From the NCBI RefSeq assembly GCF_000025685.1, contig NC_013967.1:510001-542000 (forward strand): a stretch of DNA of 32,000 bases. The letters are read 5' to 3'. This stretch comes from Haloferax volcanii DS2. GTDB taxonomy: Archaea > Halobacteriota > Halobacteria > Halobacteriales > Haloferacaceae. Positions 23,382-31,707 of this stretch are shown one piece after another. How positions within the stretch are numbered: the first letter of the stretch is position 1; each line of letters begins with the position of its first letter. Under the pieces are notes generated by a model. That model was not told the origin of the DNA, did no database searches, and saw only the letters and a program-made list of their open reading frames with translations. The position numbers and the translations under genes are program-made.

Positions 23382-23892
23382 TCTTAGCTGTCGACGCAAG
23401 AGTTCTCACCCCCTCGTAGGCGCTGAGAGACGCCGTTTTCGGCGGTTCCTCCGGAATGTTCATCGAATATATCGGCTATGAGCCGACGATTATGAGGCGC
23501 TGAGTTGAACACTATCGAGAAACCTTCGGCGTTCGGCGTCAACGCTCGGCTATCTGTTCTCCGACGACGCGACCGGACACCGGCAGTCGACGTCTGCCGG
23601 CGACCGACGTGGGCGCGCGCAGTCGGTGAGCCACCCGGTCGAGTCGTTCGGTCGCCCGGCCGTCCGACCACCCCGACTCGAACGGCGTCTCGCCCGGACG
23701 AGTCGGTCCTATCCGGCCGAATTATATCTGATTTCTTTGAGTACTGTATTTCTGATAGTATCACCGTCTCGTCGGCACAACGCTCCCGCGTCGGGCCGGT
23801 CCGAAACACCGACAGTCGCGGACGATTCCGCGGACGAACCGCCCGGTTCGACGCGGTCGACCCGTCGATTCGCCGTCCCCGACTCGACGGGC

Positions 23893-24561
23893 TCACCGGG
23901 CCGCAGAGACCCACTCGACGAGGTACGACAGCTTTTCGAGGTCGATGTCGTTCGGAGCGCGCTCGTCGCTGACGATGGGTGCATAGGCGATGGACGCACC
24001 GTAGAACACGCCGATGACGCGGGTGTGGCGGCCGATTTCGCCAAGCGCGTAGCCGGTAACTCGCATCCCCCGTTCGGAGGCGGTATTGAACGACTGCAAC
24101 AGCGCGAGCGAGTCGGTTTTCTCCTCGGCGGTGACGACGAGCTTCGCCACGTCGCCGTAGTTATTACACTCTGATACTATCTGCAAAAGTTCCGTCTTCT
24201 GAGGTTTCTTGTGGCGGTCGTAGTGGGAGACGATGAGTTCGACGTCCTGCTCGCGCAGTTCGTCTCGGAGCCATCCGCACTCACGAATCGTCCGCAGTTC
24301 CACGTCGACCATCTCGACGGCGGCGAACGCGGCGGCGGCCGCGAGGGTCTCCAGCCGGTCGGACTCGGCGGCGGTTCCACCGGCCCACTCCGGCCGGTTC
24401 GAGACGATGAGCGGGACCGACCCGTCGTACTCGTCGAGCGCGTCGAGCGGGGTGGTCGCCCCGTCCATCCGGAACTCGACGTAGTCCGCGATGCCCTCCG
24501 CGGCCGCCGCTTCGGTCAGCGTCTCGGTCACTCCGGCCAACGCGTATGCGTTCGCAGCCAT
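23893..24561 (-). CDS. Type I 3-dehydroquinate dehydratase paralog with altered substrate-pocket motifs
   Basis: ATG 24561 (MAANAY...) has a TATA box 23-32 nt upstream. It is colinear with aroD (EFRMD, IVSHYDRHKKP, GDVAKLVV, GRHTRVIG) but has YALGEIG in place of ISMGELG and RAPNDIDL in place of YAPGQIPL. Confidence 0.8.
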   Translation of the reverse strand: MAANAYALAGVTETLTEAAAAEGIADYVEFRMDGATTPLDALDEYDGSVPLIVSNRPEWAGGTAAESDRLETLAAAAAFAAVEMVDVELRTIRECGWLRDELREQDVELIVSHYDRHKKPQKTELLQIVSECNNYGDVAKLVVTAEEKTDSLALLQSFNTASERGMRVTGYALGEIGRHTRVIGVFYGASIAYAPIVSDERAPNDIDLEKLSYLVEWVSAAR

Positions 24562-24583
24562 GGAACTTGATACCAAGCACTCG

Positions 24584-24593
24584 TATAAAAATA
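24584..24593 (-). promoter_or_regulatory. TATA box for the aroD paralog
   Basis: The + strand TATAAAAATA (minus strand TATTTTTATA) lies 23-32 nt upstream of ATG 24561. Confidence 0.5.
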
Positions 24594-24780
24594 GTTCCCC
24601 GCCGAGCGCGTTTCGCCGTCACCTGTCAGTCCCTCGAAACCCGACACACAGTCACGCACGCCGCCGTTTTGACAATGTTGGAACCATCCGAGAGTCACGA
24701 ATCTCGGTCGACGACGGCGTTTCGCGGATAACTATGACAAACTTAATCCTGTAATTATCATGGTCTTACAGACCATATTT

Positions 24781-24793
24781 GTTTCAACGATGT
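24781..24793. promoter_or_regulatory. Motif GTTTCAACGATGT (site A), shared with the IclR promoter
   Basis: Exact 13-mer also found at 26663-26675. It lies in the divergent region between the aroD paralog and the SDR gene, next to the palindrome ATGGTCT-TAC-AGACCAT (24760-24776). Confidence 0.35.
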
Positions 24794-24856
24794 CGAAATA
24801 CGGACGGTCGAAGCGGCGCGTTTCCGAGCGAGACGAACTTACCGCCGCCACCAAGA

Positions 24857-24863
24857 TTTAAAT
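24857..24863 (+). promoter_or_regulatory. TATA box for the SDR/epimerase-like gene
   Basis: TTTAAAT lies 28-34 nt upstream of ATG 24891. Confidence 0.5.
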
Positions 24864-24890
24864 CGGGGAGTTCCGTATCCCTCAGTATCG

Positions 24891-25787
24891 ATGGTTACGC
24901 AGCAAGTCCTAGTCACGGGTCCGTTCGGTGAGGCGGGCGAAGCGATTCTCAACCACCTCGCGGAACGCGACGAGTACGAGTTCACGTATCTCGACCGGAC
25001 CGAACACCCGGAGTACGAGACGTTCGTCGCAGACATCGCGGATTACGAGGCTATCCGCCCGGCGTTCGACGGGCAGGACGCCGTCATCCACCTCGCCGCG
25101 CAGTCCGACGCGGGCGCGGCCTTCGAGGATATCATCGAGCCGAATATCATGGGCACGTACAACGTCCTCAAGGCGATGGAGGACGCCGGCGTCGAGAAGC
25201 TCATCTACGCCTCCTCCCAGCGCGTGATGGGGCTGTACGAGGAGGACCTCGCGCCCGACCTCTACGAGGAGGACTATCCCAGCGAGTACGACCCGCTTCG
25301 GTTCACCCACGAGACGCTCCCGAAGCCCGACGGCTACTACGGTGCCTCGAAGATGTTCGGCGAGCACATCTGCCGGACGCACGCTCGCCGCGACGGCGCG
25401 CCGAGCCAGGTCTACTCGATTCGCATCTCCAGCGTGCGGACCGAGCAGTACGACCACCCCTACGGCGACGCTGAGCGCGGCGTCGACCGCGGCGACGAGC
25501 ACAAAGTCGAGGACGGCGAGGTGTGGGACCAGTCACAGACGGGCTCGTGGGAGCGCGGGAGCGACGAGTACGAGGAGATGGTCAAGCGGCTCAAGGCGAC
25601 GTGGACCTCGCAGCGTGACTTCGCGCACCTGCTCGAATGCTGTCTCGAAGACGACTCGGTCACCTACGACACGTTCTACGCGGTGAGCGGCAACAAGGCT
25701 CGCTGGTTCGACACCGACCACGCGAAGGCGGTCCTCGACTACGAACCGGCCGACGACGGCTCCGAGTGGGACAGCCCTCCCGAGTGA
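24891..25787 (+). CDS. NAD-dependent epimerase/dehydratase family (extended SDR) protein
   Basis: VLVTGPFGEAGEAI (variant Rossmann motif), AVIHLAA, YASSQRV, and YYGASKMFGE (catalytic YxxxK). It has an acidic C-terminal extension. Confidence 0.85.
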   Translation: MVTQQVLVTGPFGEAGEAILNHLAERDEYEFTYLDRTEHPEYETFVADIADYEAIRPAFDGQDAVIHLAAQSDAGAAFEDIIEPNIMGTYNVLKAMEDAGVEKLIYASSQRVMGLYEEDLAPDLYEEDYPSEYDPLRFTHETLPKPDGYYGASKMFGEHICRTHARRDGAPSQVYSIRISSVRTEQYDHPYGDAERGVDRGDEHKVEDGEVWDQSQTGSWERGSDEYEEMVKRLKATWTSQRDFAHLLECCLEDDSVTYDTFYAVSGNKARWFDTDHAKAVLDYEPADDGSEWDSPPE

Positions 25788-25847
25788 GACGACGGGAGAT
25801 CGCCGCCGAGCGCAGCGACCGCGGCCGACGGCGCTTCGGTCGCCCGC

Positions 25848-26621
25848 TCAGTACTGCTTGATTTTCAGCTCGATGATGTTCTTCTTGTTCAGGAGCGCCG
25901 GGCCGAGTTCTTCTTCGATGCGGCCGTCCTCGATGCGGCTCATCGGGCCGCTGATGCTTATCGCGCCGACGGCGTCGTCCGGCTCGGAGACGATGGCGGT
26001 GCCGACCGCGCAGACGCCGGGGTAGTGTTCCCCACGGTTGATGGAGTAGCCGCGGTCGCGAATCGCTTCGAGTTCCTCGTGGAGCGCCTCGCGGTCGGTG
26101 ATGGTGTCGTCGGTCAGGGCCGGGAGGCCGCGGCGGTCGACGATGCGGTCGACCTCGTCCCGCGAGTGCTTCGCGAGCATCGCCTTCCCCGTCGCCGTCG
26201 AGTGGAGGTAGAGGTGGTCGCCGAGCGGCGCGTCGTCGTCGATGGACTCCGGGCTCTGGGCCTTGTAGAGCTGGACGGCGAACCCGTTTTGCTCGACCGT
26301 CACGTTGGTGTGCTCGCCGGTCTGTTCTTTCAGTTCGTCGAGTTCCGGCTTGGCGACCCGGTACAGCGCCATCCCGTCGCGCATCGCCCCGCCCATCTCG
26401 AGGAACCGCAGGCTGCAATGGTACTCGCTTCCGACCTTGACGACGTAGTCGGTGTCCACGAGCGTCGCCAGATGGATGTGCGCCGTGCTGACCGGCAGCT
26501 CCATGTCCTCGGCGGTCTCCGACAGCGTCGCGCCGTCGACTTCGCGGAGATATCGGATGATGTCGAACGCCTGTTCGACGCTCTGTATCCGCCGCGAGCC
26601 CGACCCGGTGGAGTTCGTCAT
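25848..26621 (-). CDS. IclR family transcriptional regulator
   Basis: This is the C-terminal 257 aa of track ORF 25848..27557, from ATG 26621 (MTNSTGSG...). It has a winged-helix N-domain (IQSVEQAFDIIRYLREVDGATLSETAEDMELPVSTAHIHLATL) and an IclR effector domain (LHSTATGKAML, PALTDDTITD, GYSINRGEHYPGVCAVGTAI, GAISISGP). Confidence 0.9.
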   Translation of the reverse strand: MTNSTGSGSRRIQSVEQAFDIIRYLREVDGATLSETAEDMELPVSTAHIHLATLVDTDYVVKVGSEYHCSLRFLEMGGAMRDGMALYRVAKPELDELKEQTGEHTNVTVEQNGFAVQLYKAQSPESIDDDAPLGDHLYLHSTATGKAMLAKHSRDEVDRIVDRRGLPALTDDTITDREALHEELEAIRDRGYSINRGEHYPGVCAVGTAIVSEPDDAVGAISISGPMSRIEDGRIEEELGPALLNKKNIIELKIKQY

Positions 26622-26662
26622 GACTTGACGATGGGCCACCGCGTCCCTAATAGCACCGATTC

Positions 26663-26677
26663 GTTTCAACGATGTTG
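26663..26677. promoter_or_regulatory. Motif GTTTCAACGATGTTG (site B) just upstream of the IclR TATA-like box
   Basis: It contains the palindrome CAAC-GAT-GTTG (26667-26677). TATA-like TATTAG (minus strand, 26647-26652) lies 26-31 nt upstream of ATG 26621. Confidence 0.4.
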
Positions 26678-26842
26678 GAGTTTGGCGGGTCGAACGTCCT
26701 GACCGCCGGGGTCGCGTGGCCGACGCGTCGCTCGCGACTGGTCGGGGTTCGGGAAAAACGCGGGTCGCGCGGGTGGCATGACAGTCGACGTGCGGACTGT
26801 TCGAGTCGGTCGTCGTCGCGGCTCGCCGCGTCTTCGGTGACG

Positions 26843-27532
26843 TTAGTGAATCGAGTCTTCGGGACCGACGATGGTCAGGTTCTCGAACAGTTCGTCGTAG
26901 CCGTTGAGTTCGTAGAGGTACTCGCCCTTGAGGACTTCCTCGCGGACGGAATCTTCGGTGCTGAGCTTCTCGTGTGCGCGTTCGAGGACTTCCTCGGCTC
27001 CCCTGCGGGGAATGACCGCGAGCCCGTCGTCGTCGCCGATGACGATGTCGCCGGGGTCGACGCTGACGCCGCCGACGGAGACGGTGACGTTGACGGAGCC
27101 GGGGTCCTGCTTGAGCGGTCCCTGCGGATTGACGCCGCGGCCGTACACCGGGAACTCCATCTCGGCGATTTCGCGGCTGTCGCGGTACGCGCCGTCGATG
27201 ACCAGTCCGGCGAGGCCGTTGGCCTGACACGAGGTGCACATCAGTTCGCCGACGTGGCCGGTGTCGGTGTAGCCGTCGCAGTCGATGATGAGCACGTCGC
27301 CCGGCTCGGTCAGCGTAATCGCCTTGTGGATGATGAGGTTGTCGCCGGGCGCGGCCTTCACCGTGACCGCGGTCCCGGCCATCTCGACGCCGTCGTAGGC
27401 GGGCCGGAGGCCGGCGTCCATGGTCAGTCCGATGTTGCCGGTCACGTCGGAGACGATGGTGCTCGGAATCTCCTCGAACGCCTCGACGAGTTCGCGGTCC
27501 GGTCGCTCTACGTCGGGCTCTATCGTGTGCAT
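26843..27532 (-). CDS. RraA family protein (4-hydroxy-4-methyl-2-oxoglutarate aldolase / oxaloacetate decarboxylase-like)
   Basis: TIVSDVTGN, GTAVTVKAAPGDNLIIHKAI, PGDVLIIDCDG, GELMCTSCQANGLAGLVIDGAYRD, FPVYGRGVNP and GDIVIGDDDGLAVIP are diagnostic RraA/DlpA-family blocks. Confidence 0.9.
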   Translation of the reverse strand: MHTIEPDVERPDRELVEAFEEIPSTIVSDVTGNIGLTMDAGLRPAYDGVEMAGTAVTVKAAPGDNLIIHKAITLTEPGDVLIIDCDGYTDTGHVGELMCTSCQANGLAGLVIDGAYRDSREIAEMEFPVYGRGVNPQGPLKQDPGSVNVTVSVGGVSVDPGDIVIGDDDGLAVIPRRGAEEVLERAHEKLSTEDSVREEVLKGEYLYELNGYDELFENLTIVGPEDSIH

Positions 27533-27593
27533 ACCCGACTCGATGCGGACGATTCACGTTAAACTATCGGTCGGTCGAACGCTTGCGGTCCGC

Positions 27594-27614
27594 GTCGCGG
27601 GTCGCGGGTCGCGG
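27594..27614. repeat. Tandem heptamer (GTCGCGG) x3
   Basis: Read directly, in the spacer between the RraA-like start and the tctC stop. Confidence 0.8.
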
Positions 27615-27736
27615 GCGCGCTGTGAGGACCGCCGCCGCTCGCGGTGTGGAGACGACGAAAAGAGAAGGGCGCAGGTACGTGTCGAGTCGGGTGCCTCTGT
27701 CGCGGGGAACGGGATTCGATGGCGGCGGTGGCGACG

Positions 27737-28747
27737 TTACTGCTCTTCGATGCCGAGTTCGTCGACGAGGTTGCCGTAGAACTCGTACTGCTGGTCGAGG
27801 AAGTCCTGAAGCTCGTCGGGGCCGCGTTCGACGCGGATGAAGTTGTTGTTCTCCATGAACTCCACGAACGAGTCGTCCTCGTAGACGGCGCTGTACACGT
27901 CGGCGAGCTGTTGCTTCAGTTCGTCGTCGATGCCGGCGGGCGCGAAGTGCGCGAGCCACGAGCCGATGGAGATGTCGAGACCCTGGTCTTGGAGCGTCGG
28001 CGTGTTCGGGAGCGCTTCGACCTGCTGGTCGAACGCCACGCCGAGGGCGGACAGTCCGCCGTCTTGGACCTGCGGCGCGACCTCGGCCGCGCCGACCGCG
28101 GTACAGTCGACCTCGCCGTTCACGACGGCCGTCATAGCCGGGGCGGCACCCTCGTAGGAGATGTGCTCGACGTTGACGCCGGCCTCGCTGGCGATGCCGG
28201 CCGCCGCCATGTGCCACGACGACCCGAACCCGGAGTTCGCCATTTGCAGGGTGTTATCCTGCCCGTAGCTGATCCACTCGTCGAGCGTGGAGAACTCGGC
28301 GTCCTCGCTGACGACGAGCGCCGCGGGGAACTCGGTGTACTGCATGATGGGCGTGATGTCGTCGGGGCTGAGGTCGGCGATACCGAGGTGCTCGAACAGC
28401 GCAATCTCGGGGGCAGTACAGCCGATGGTGTGCCCGTCGGGCTCGGCGTTGGCCGCCGCGTTCATCCCGACCGAGCCGGAGCCGCCGGTCTGGTTGCTGA
28501 CGTTCCACGAGACATCGGTGTGGTTCTCAGCCGCGTCTGCGACCGCGCGGCTCGTTCGGTCGGCTCCGCCCCCGGCGGACCACGGCGAGATAACCTCGAC
28601 CGGACGGGAGGGCCACTCTTGCTCTCCCGAGAGGCTGCCGAGACAGCCGGCCGAGAGCGCAACCCCGCCGACGCCGGCGGCCTTGATGAAGTTCCGTCTG
28701 TTCAGCGCGCTCCGTCCACTCCGATTGCTAATGGTGTCGTCTCCCAT
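27737..28747 (-). CDS. tctC: Tripartite tricarboxylate transporter (TTT) substrate-binding lipoprotein, TctC/Bug family, Tat-exported
   Basis: ATG 28747 (MGDDTISN...). It has a twin-arginine signal plus lipobox (NRRNFIKAAGVGGVALSAGC). TctC blocks include VEVISPWSAGGGADRTSR, NQTGGSGSVG, GAAPAMTAVVNGEVD and LPNTPTL. Confidence 0.9.
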   Translation of the reverse strand: MGDDTISNRSGRSALNRRNFIKAAGVGGVALSAGCLGSLSGEQEWPSRPVEVISPWSAGGGADRTSRAVADAAENHTDVSWNVSNQTGGSGSVGMNAAANAEPDGHTIGCTAPEIALFEHLGIADLSPDDITPIMQYTEFPAALVVSEDAEFSTLDEWISYGQDNTLQMANSGFGSSWHMAAAGIASEAGVNVEHISYEGAAPAMTAVVNGEVDCTAVGAAEVAPQVQDGGLSALGVAFDQQVEALPNTPTLQDQGLDISIGSWLAHFAPAGIDDELKQQLADVYSAVYEDDSFVEFMENNNFIRVERGPDELQDFLDQQYEFYGNLVDELGIEEQ

Positions 28748-28758
28748 TGTACCCGAAT

Positions 28759-28769
28759 GTTTGAACAAT
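28759..28769. promoter_or_regulatory. Motif variant GTTTGAACAAT (site C) between the tctC TATA-like box and the ATG
   Basis: 9 of 11 positions match GTTTCAACGAT of sites A and B. TATA-like TTATTGTA (minus strand, ~28773-28782) lies upstream. Confidence 0.3.
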
Positions 28770-28963
28770 CCATACAATAAGCATTGTGGTCGCTCCGAAT
28801 ATGGCGCGACGGTCGATACCGCGGTGCAGTTCTGAACGATTTCGCGCGCCCGCGAGCGCCGGCCGAAACGGGAGGATTCGCGGGGACTCGCGCTCGCGAC
28901 ATCGCTTGACGGCTCGCGTTCGTGTCGACCGTTGCCCGCAAGCTTCTCCCCCAAGAGCGTAGA

Positions 28964-28969
28964 TTTATA
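28964..28969 (+). promoter_or_regulatory. TATA box for the Zn-ADH gene
   Basis: TTTATA lies 25-30 nt upstream of ATG 28994. Confidence 0.5.
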
Positions 28970-28993
28970 CCCCGGCGGTATTCAAGGAGATGT

Positions 28994-30037
28994 ATGCGCG
29001 GGTTAGCCAAAACGAGCCGAGAGCCCGGAGCTATGGAACTCGTCGACGTCGAGACACCCGAACCGGCGTCCAACGAGGTCCTCATCGAAGTCGACTACGC
29101 CGGACTCTGCGGGAGCGACGCGGGAATCTACAAGTTCAAGTCCGCCTTCGAGCGGATGGAGATGCCGACCATCATCGGCCACGAGTACACCGGCCGCGTG
29201 GTCGAACGCGGCGAGGAAGCCAGCCGGTTTTCCGTCGGCGAGCGCGTGGTCGAGCGACCGATTCGCGGCTGCGGCGAGTGTTTCCAATGCCAAATCGGTG
29301 AGGAGAGCATCTGTCAGGACGCGGTCCTGACCGGCATCGACCTCGATGGGGCGTACGCCGGCTACATCGCCGTCCCCGAGTCGGCGCTCCAGTCGGTCCC
29401 GTCGAACGTCGAACCGAAGCACGCGGCGCTCGTCGAACCGACGGCGATTTGCACGCGTGCGGTCATTCAGAACTCCCGGGTCAAAGCCGGCGACCGAGTG
29501 CTCGTCGCCGGTCCCGGTCCCATCGGGCTGCTCTGCGCGCAGGTAGCCGCTTCGCAGGGCGCTGAAGTCGTCGTCGCGGGCGTCGGTCGGGACACGAACT
29601 ACCGACTGCCGCTGGCGGAGGAACTCGGCTACCCCGCGGTCAACGTCGAGGAAGACGACCTGAGCGCGACCCAGCGCGAGCTGACCGGCGGCGTCGGCTT
29701 CGACGTGGTGTTCGACACGACCGGCCACCCGTCGGGCCTGCCGATGGCGGTCGAGCAGGTCCGCAAGGGCGGCCAGATAGTTCTCGTCGGCCAGACCGGC
29801 GAGACCACGATGGAGTTCACGCCGCTCGTCCGCGCAGAGGTCGACCTCCAGTGTACCTACGGCGCGACGTTCGAGGACTTCGAGCGGGCGTTCCGACTCA
29901 TCGGCTCGGGCGACGTGGACCACGCCACGTTCCTCGACGACCGCTACCGACTCACCGAGTCCGAAGACGCCTTCGAGGCGTTCCTCGCCGGCGAGACCTG
30001 CAAGCCGGTGTTCGACGTCTCGGTCCTTCGGGAGTAA
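28994..30037 (+). CDS. Zinc-dependent alcohol/polyol dehydrogenase (MDR superfamily, threonine/sorbitol dehydrogenase-like)
   Basis: ATG 28994 gives MRGLAKTSREPGAMELVDV, a typical MDR N-terminus. Contains the catalytic Zn site CGSD...GHEYTG, the structural Zn Cys cluster CGECFQCQIGEESIC, and the Rossmann motif VAGPGPIGL. Confidence 0.9.
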   Translation: MRGLAKTSREPGAMELVDVETPEPASNEVLIEVDYAGLCGSDAGIYKFKSAFERMEMPTIIGHEYTGRVVERGEEASRFSVGERVVERPIRGCGECFQCQIGEESICQDAVLTGIDLDGAYAGYIAVPESALQSVPSNVEPKHAALVEPTAICTRAVIQNSRVKAGDRVLVAGPGPIGLLCAQVAASQGAEVVVAGVGRDTNYRLPLAEELGYPAVNVEEDDLSATQRELTGGVGFDVVFDTTGHPSGLPMAVEQVRKGGQIVLVGQTGETTMEFTPLVRAEVDLQCTYGATFEDFERAFRLIGSGDVDHATFLDDRYRLTESEDAFEAFLAGETCKPVFDVSVLRE

Positions 30038-30256
30038 GGCGACCGATTCCGTCTCGCTCGTAGTCACCCTCAGCCGCCGTTTCATAGCCGCGGTTCAGTT
30101 CTCAGCCACGGCTCGTTTCACACCACAGCTCGTTCACCACTCGTCTGTCTCTGTCCAGAGCGACCGCTTCGCAGTCGGTCGTCAGAAAAGCATGCCGCGA
30201 AGTGGGCTATCGGGAATCGTGACACCGCCGGTGCCGCTCGGTTCGACGGGGCGGGG

Positions 30257-30904
30257 TCACTCCGGCCGGGGGTCCCACTCGCGCTCGACGAGGAAGTCGT
30301 CGAGCTTGCCCTTGGGGTCCTCGAAGACGTGCGAACCGTGGAAGACGAGCAGCGTCTCGAAGTCGTACTGGAGCAGGTCGTAGAGGTTGATTTCGGCGGC
30401 CTTGTGGTCGTCGTTGAACAGCGCCGGCGGCGGGAGCAGGTAGCCAGCCGGGAGGCCCGCGCGGTCGGCCCCGTCGAGGGCGTCTCCGGAGATGAGGATG
30501 CCGCGGTCTTCGAGCAGGAGCGCCGAGGTCGCCTTCGTGTGGCCCGGCACCTCGATGACGCGGATGTTCCCGTCGAGCAGGTCGCCGTCGGTGAACGTCA
30601 CGTCAGGCTCGTAGTCGATGGCCTCGTGGAGCTTCGACTCGTTGGCCGACGCGACGAGTTCGGGGTCGAACGCCTCCATCACCGACGGGAGGCCGCCGTG
30701 GTGGCCGTGGTCGCCGTGGGTGATGATGACGCGGTCGACGCCGCCGTACTCCCGCTCCAGAATCTCGACGAGCTCCTCGCCGTCCTCGTCGAAGCCGGTG
30801 TCCACGAGCGTCGTCTTCCCCGTCGGCGTGTCCTTCAGGACGAGGACCCGGACGTGGTCGAACTGAATCTGGTCGATACCCTCGGTGGCGTTGCTGACAC
30901 TCAT
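30257..30904 (-). CDS. MBL-fold metallo-hydrolase
   Basis: LVDTGF, IITHGDHGHHGG (metal motif, non-canonical order), VPGHTKAT, SGDALDG and VFHGSH. 215 aa. Confidence 0.85.
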   Translation of the reverse strand: MSVSNATEGIDQIQFDHVRVLVLKDTPTGKTTLVDTGFDEDGEELVEILEREYGGVDRVIITHGDHGHHGGLPSVMEAFDPELVASANESKLHEAIDYEPDVTFTDGDLLDGNIRVIEVPGHTKATSALLLEDRGILISGDALDGADRAGLPAGYLLPPPALFNDDHKAAEINLYDLLQYDFETLLVFHGSHVFEDPKGKLDDFLVEREWDPRPE

Positions 30905-31191
30905 TCCGGTGGAACGGTGGTTCGCAGCGCCGGTTAATTCTATCGATGGGCGCGAAACCCGGCGTTGTCGCCCGCGGACATATCGACTTCGCTACCGTAC
31001 CGTCCGCCCGCCGGGCCACGCTTCAGTGTGCGGTTGTCCAGTCTCGCTGGCGGTCTCCGACGGTGACTGGACGATGGTCTCGACCGTACTTACCTCCCGT
31101 GTCGTGACTTTCAGCCCCGAACGGACGGGGAAAGACCAATATGTTTATTACATACGATTGCTTGGTATCATACCACGAGGCAGAACAAATA

Positions 31192-31707
31192 ATGGTGATT
31201 CAGAAAGTCGGGGCCGTCCTTGATAGAATCGGCTTGGAGAGCGTTCGTTCAAGTCCGCTGTCAGTCTTCTTCATCCTGTTTTCGGTCGTCGTCGTCTTCT
31301 TTGCGAGCCAGTTCCCGTCGGGTGACGGCGTCGGGCCGTCGTTCTTCCCGATTGCGGTGTCGGTCGGCATCATCTTCTTCGCCGGCATCGACGTGCTGAC
31401 GGGGTCCGAGACGGAGCTCGAAATCTCGGAGTTCGACTTCAAGCCCGCGGCCGTCGTCGCGGGGTTCCTCGTCGCGTACGTCCTCGTGATGCCACACCTC
31501 GGGTTCCTCGTGTCGACCATGGTGTTCATGCCGGTCGTCCTCTACTACTCGAACATCCACTCGAAGCTGCTGCTCGCAGTGCTGTCGATTGGGTTCCCCA
31601 TCGCGCTGTTCTACATCTTTGGCCGCATCTTCCTCGTTCGCCTCCCTGAGGGTATCATCCCGGTGTCTCGACTGCTGCCGCAGCTCCCACTGGCGGTGAC
31701 CTTCTGA
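31192..31707 (+). CDS. tctB: TTT small membrane subunit (TctB family)
   Basis: ATG 31192 (MVIQKVG...). It is a four-helix hydrophobic protein of about 170 aa immediately upstream of, and overlapping, tctA (TGATG junction). The TctB assignment rests mainly on context and topology. Confidence 0.7.
   Translation: MVIQKVGAVLDRIGLESVRSSPLSVFFILFSVVVVFFASQFPSGDGVGPSFFPIAVSVGIIFFAGIDVLTGSETELEISEFDFKPAAVVAGFLVAYVLVMPHLGFLVSTMVFMPVVLYYSNIHSKLLLAVLSIGFPIALFYIFGRIFLVRLPEGIIPVSRLLPQLPLAVTF

Noticed and set aside
24856-24870. ATTTAAATCGGGGAG shares an exact 11-mer (AAATCGGGGAG) with the tRNA-Tyr T-loop/T-stem. It could in principle be a distal att site bracketing a 16-kb island (8514-24870).
   Set aside because: The bracketed region holds housekeeping-type genes (cobamide operon, minD, hom, aroD) with uniform GC and no integrase. 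The TTTAAAT part is explained as the TATA box at leaderless spacing for the gene starting at 24891. The match stops before the acceptor-stem sequence.
27594-27614. (GTCGCGG)x3 tandem heptamer as a possible regulatory or CRISPR-like repeat.
   Set aside because: There are only three contiguous GC-rich units with no spacers. This is typical slippage-type low complexity in GC-rich spacers, with no associated structure or genes.
30069-30137. Degenerate direct repeats downstream of the Zn-ADH gene (CTCAGCC...CGTTTCA twice; GCTCGTT(T)CAC twice).
   Set aside because: The repeats are short, imperfect and irregularly spaced. At most they form a weak hairpin (AGCCGCGG/CCACGGCT), which is not distinguishable from chance.
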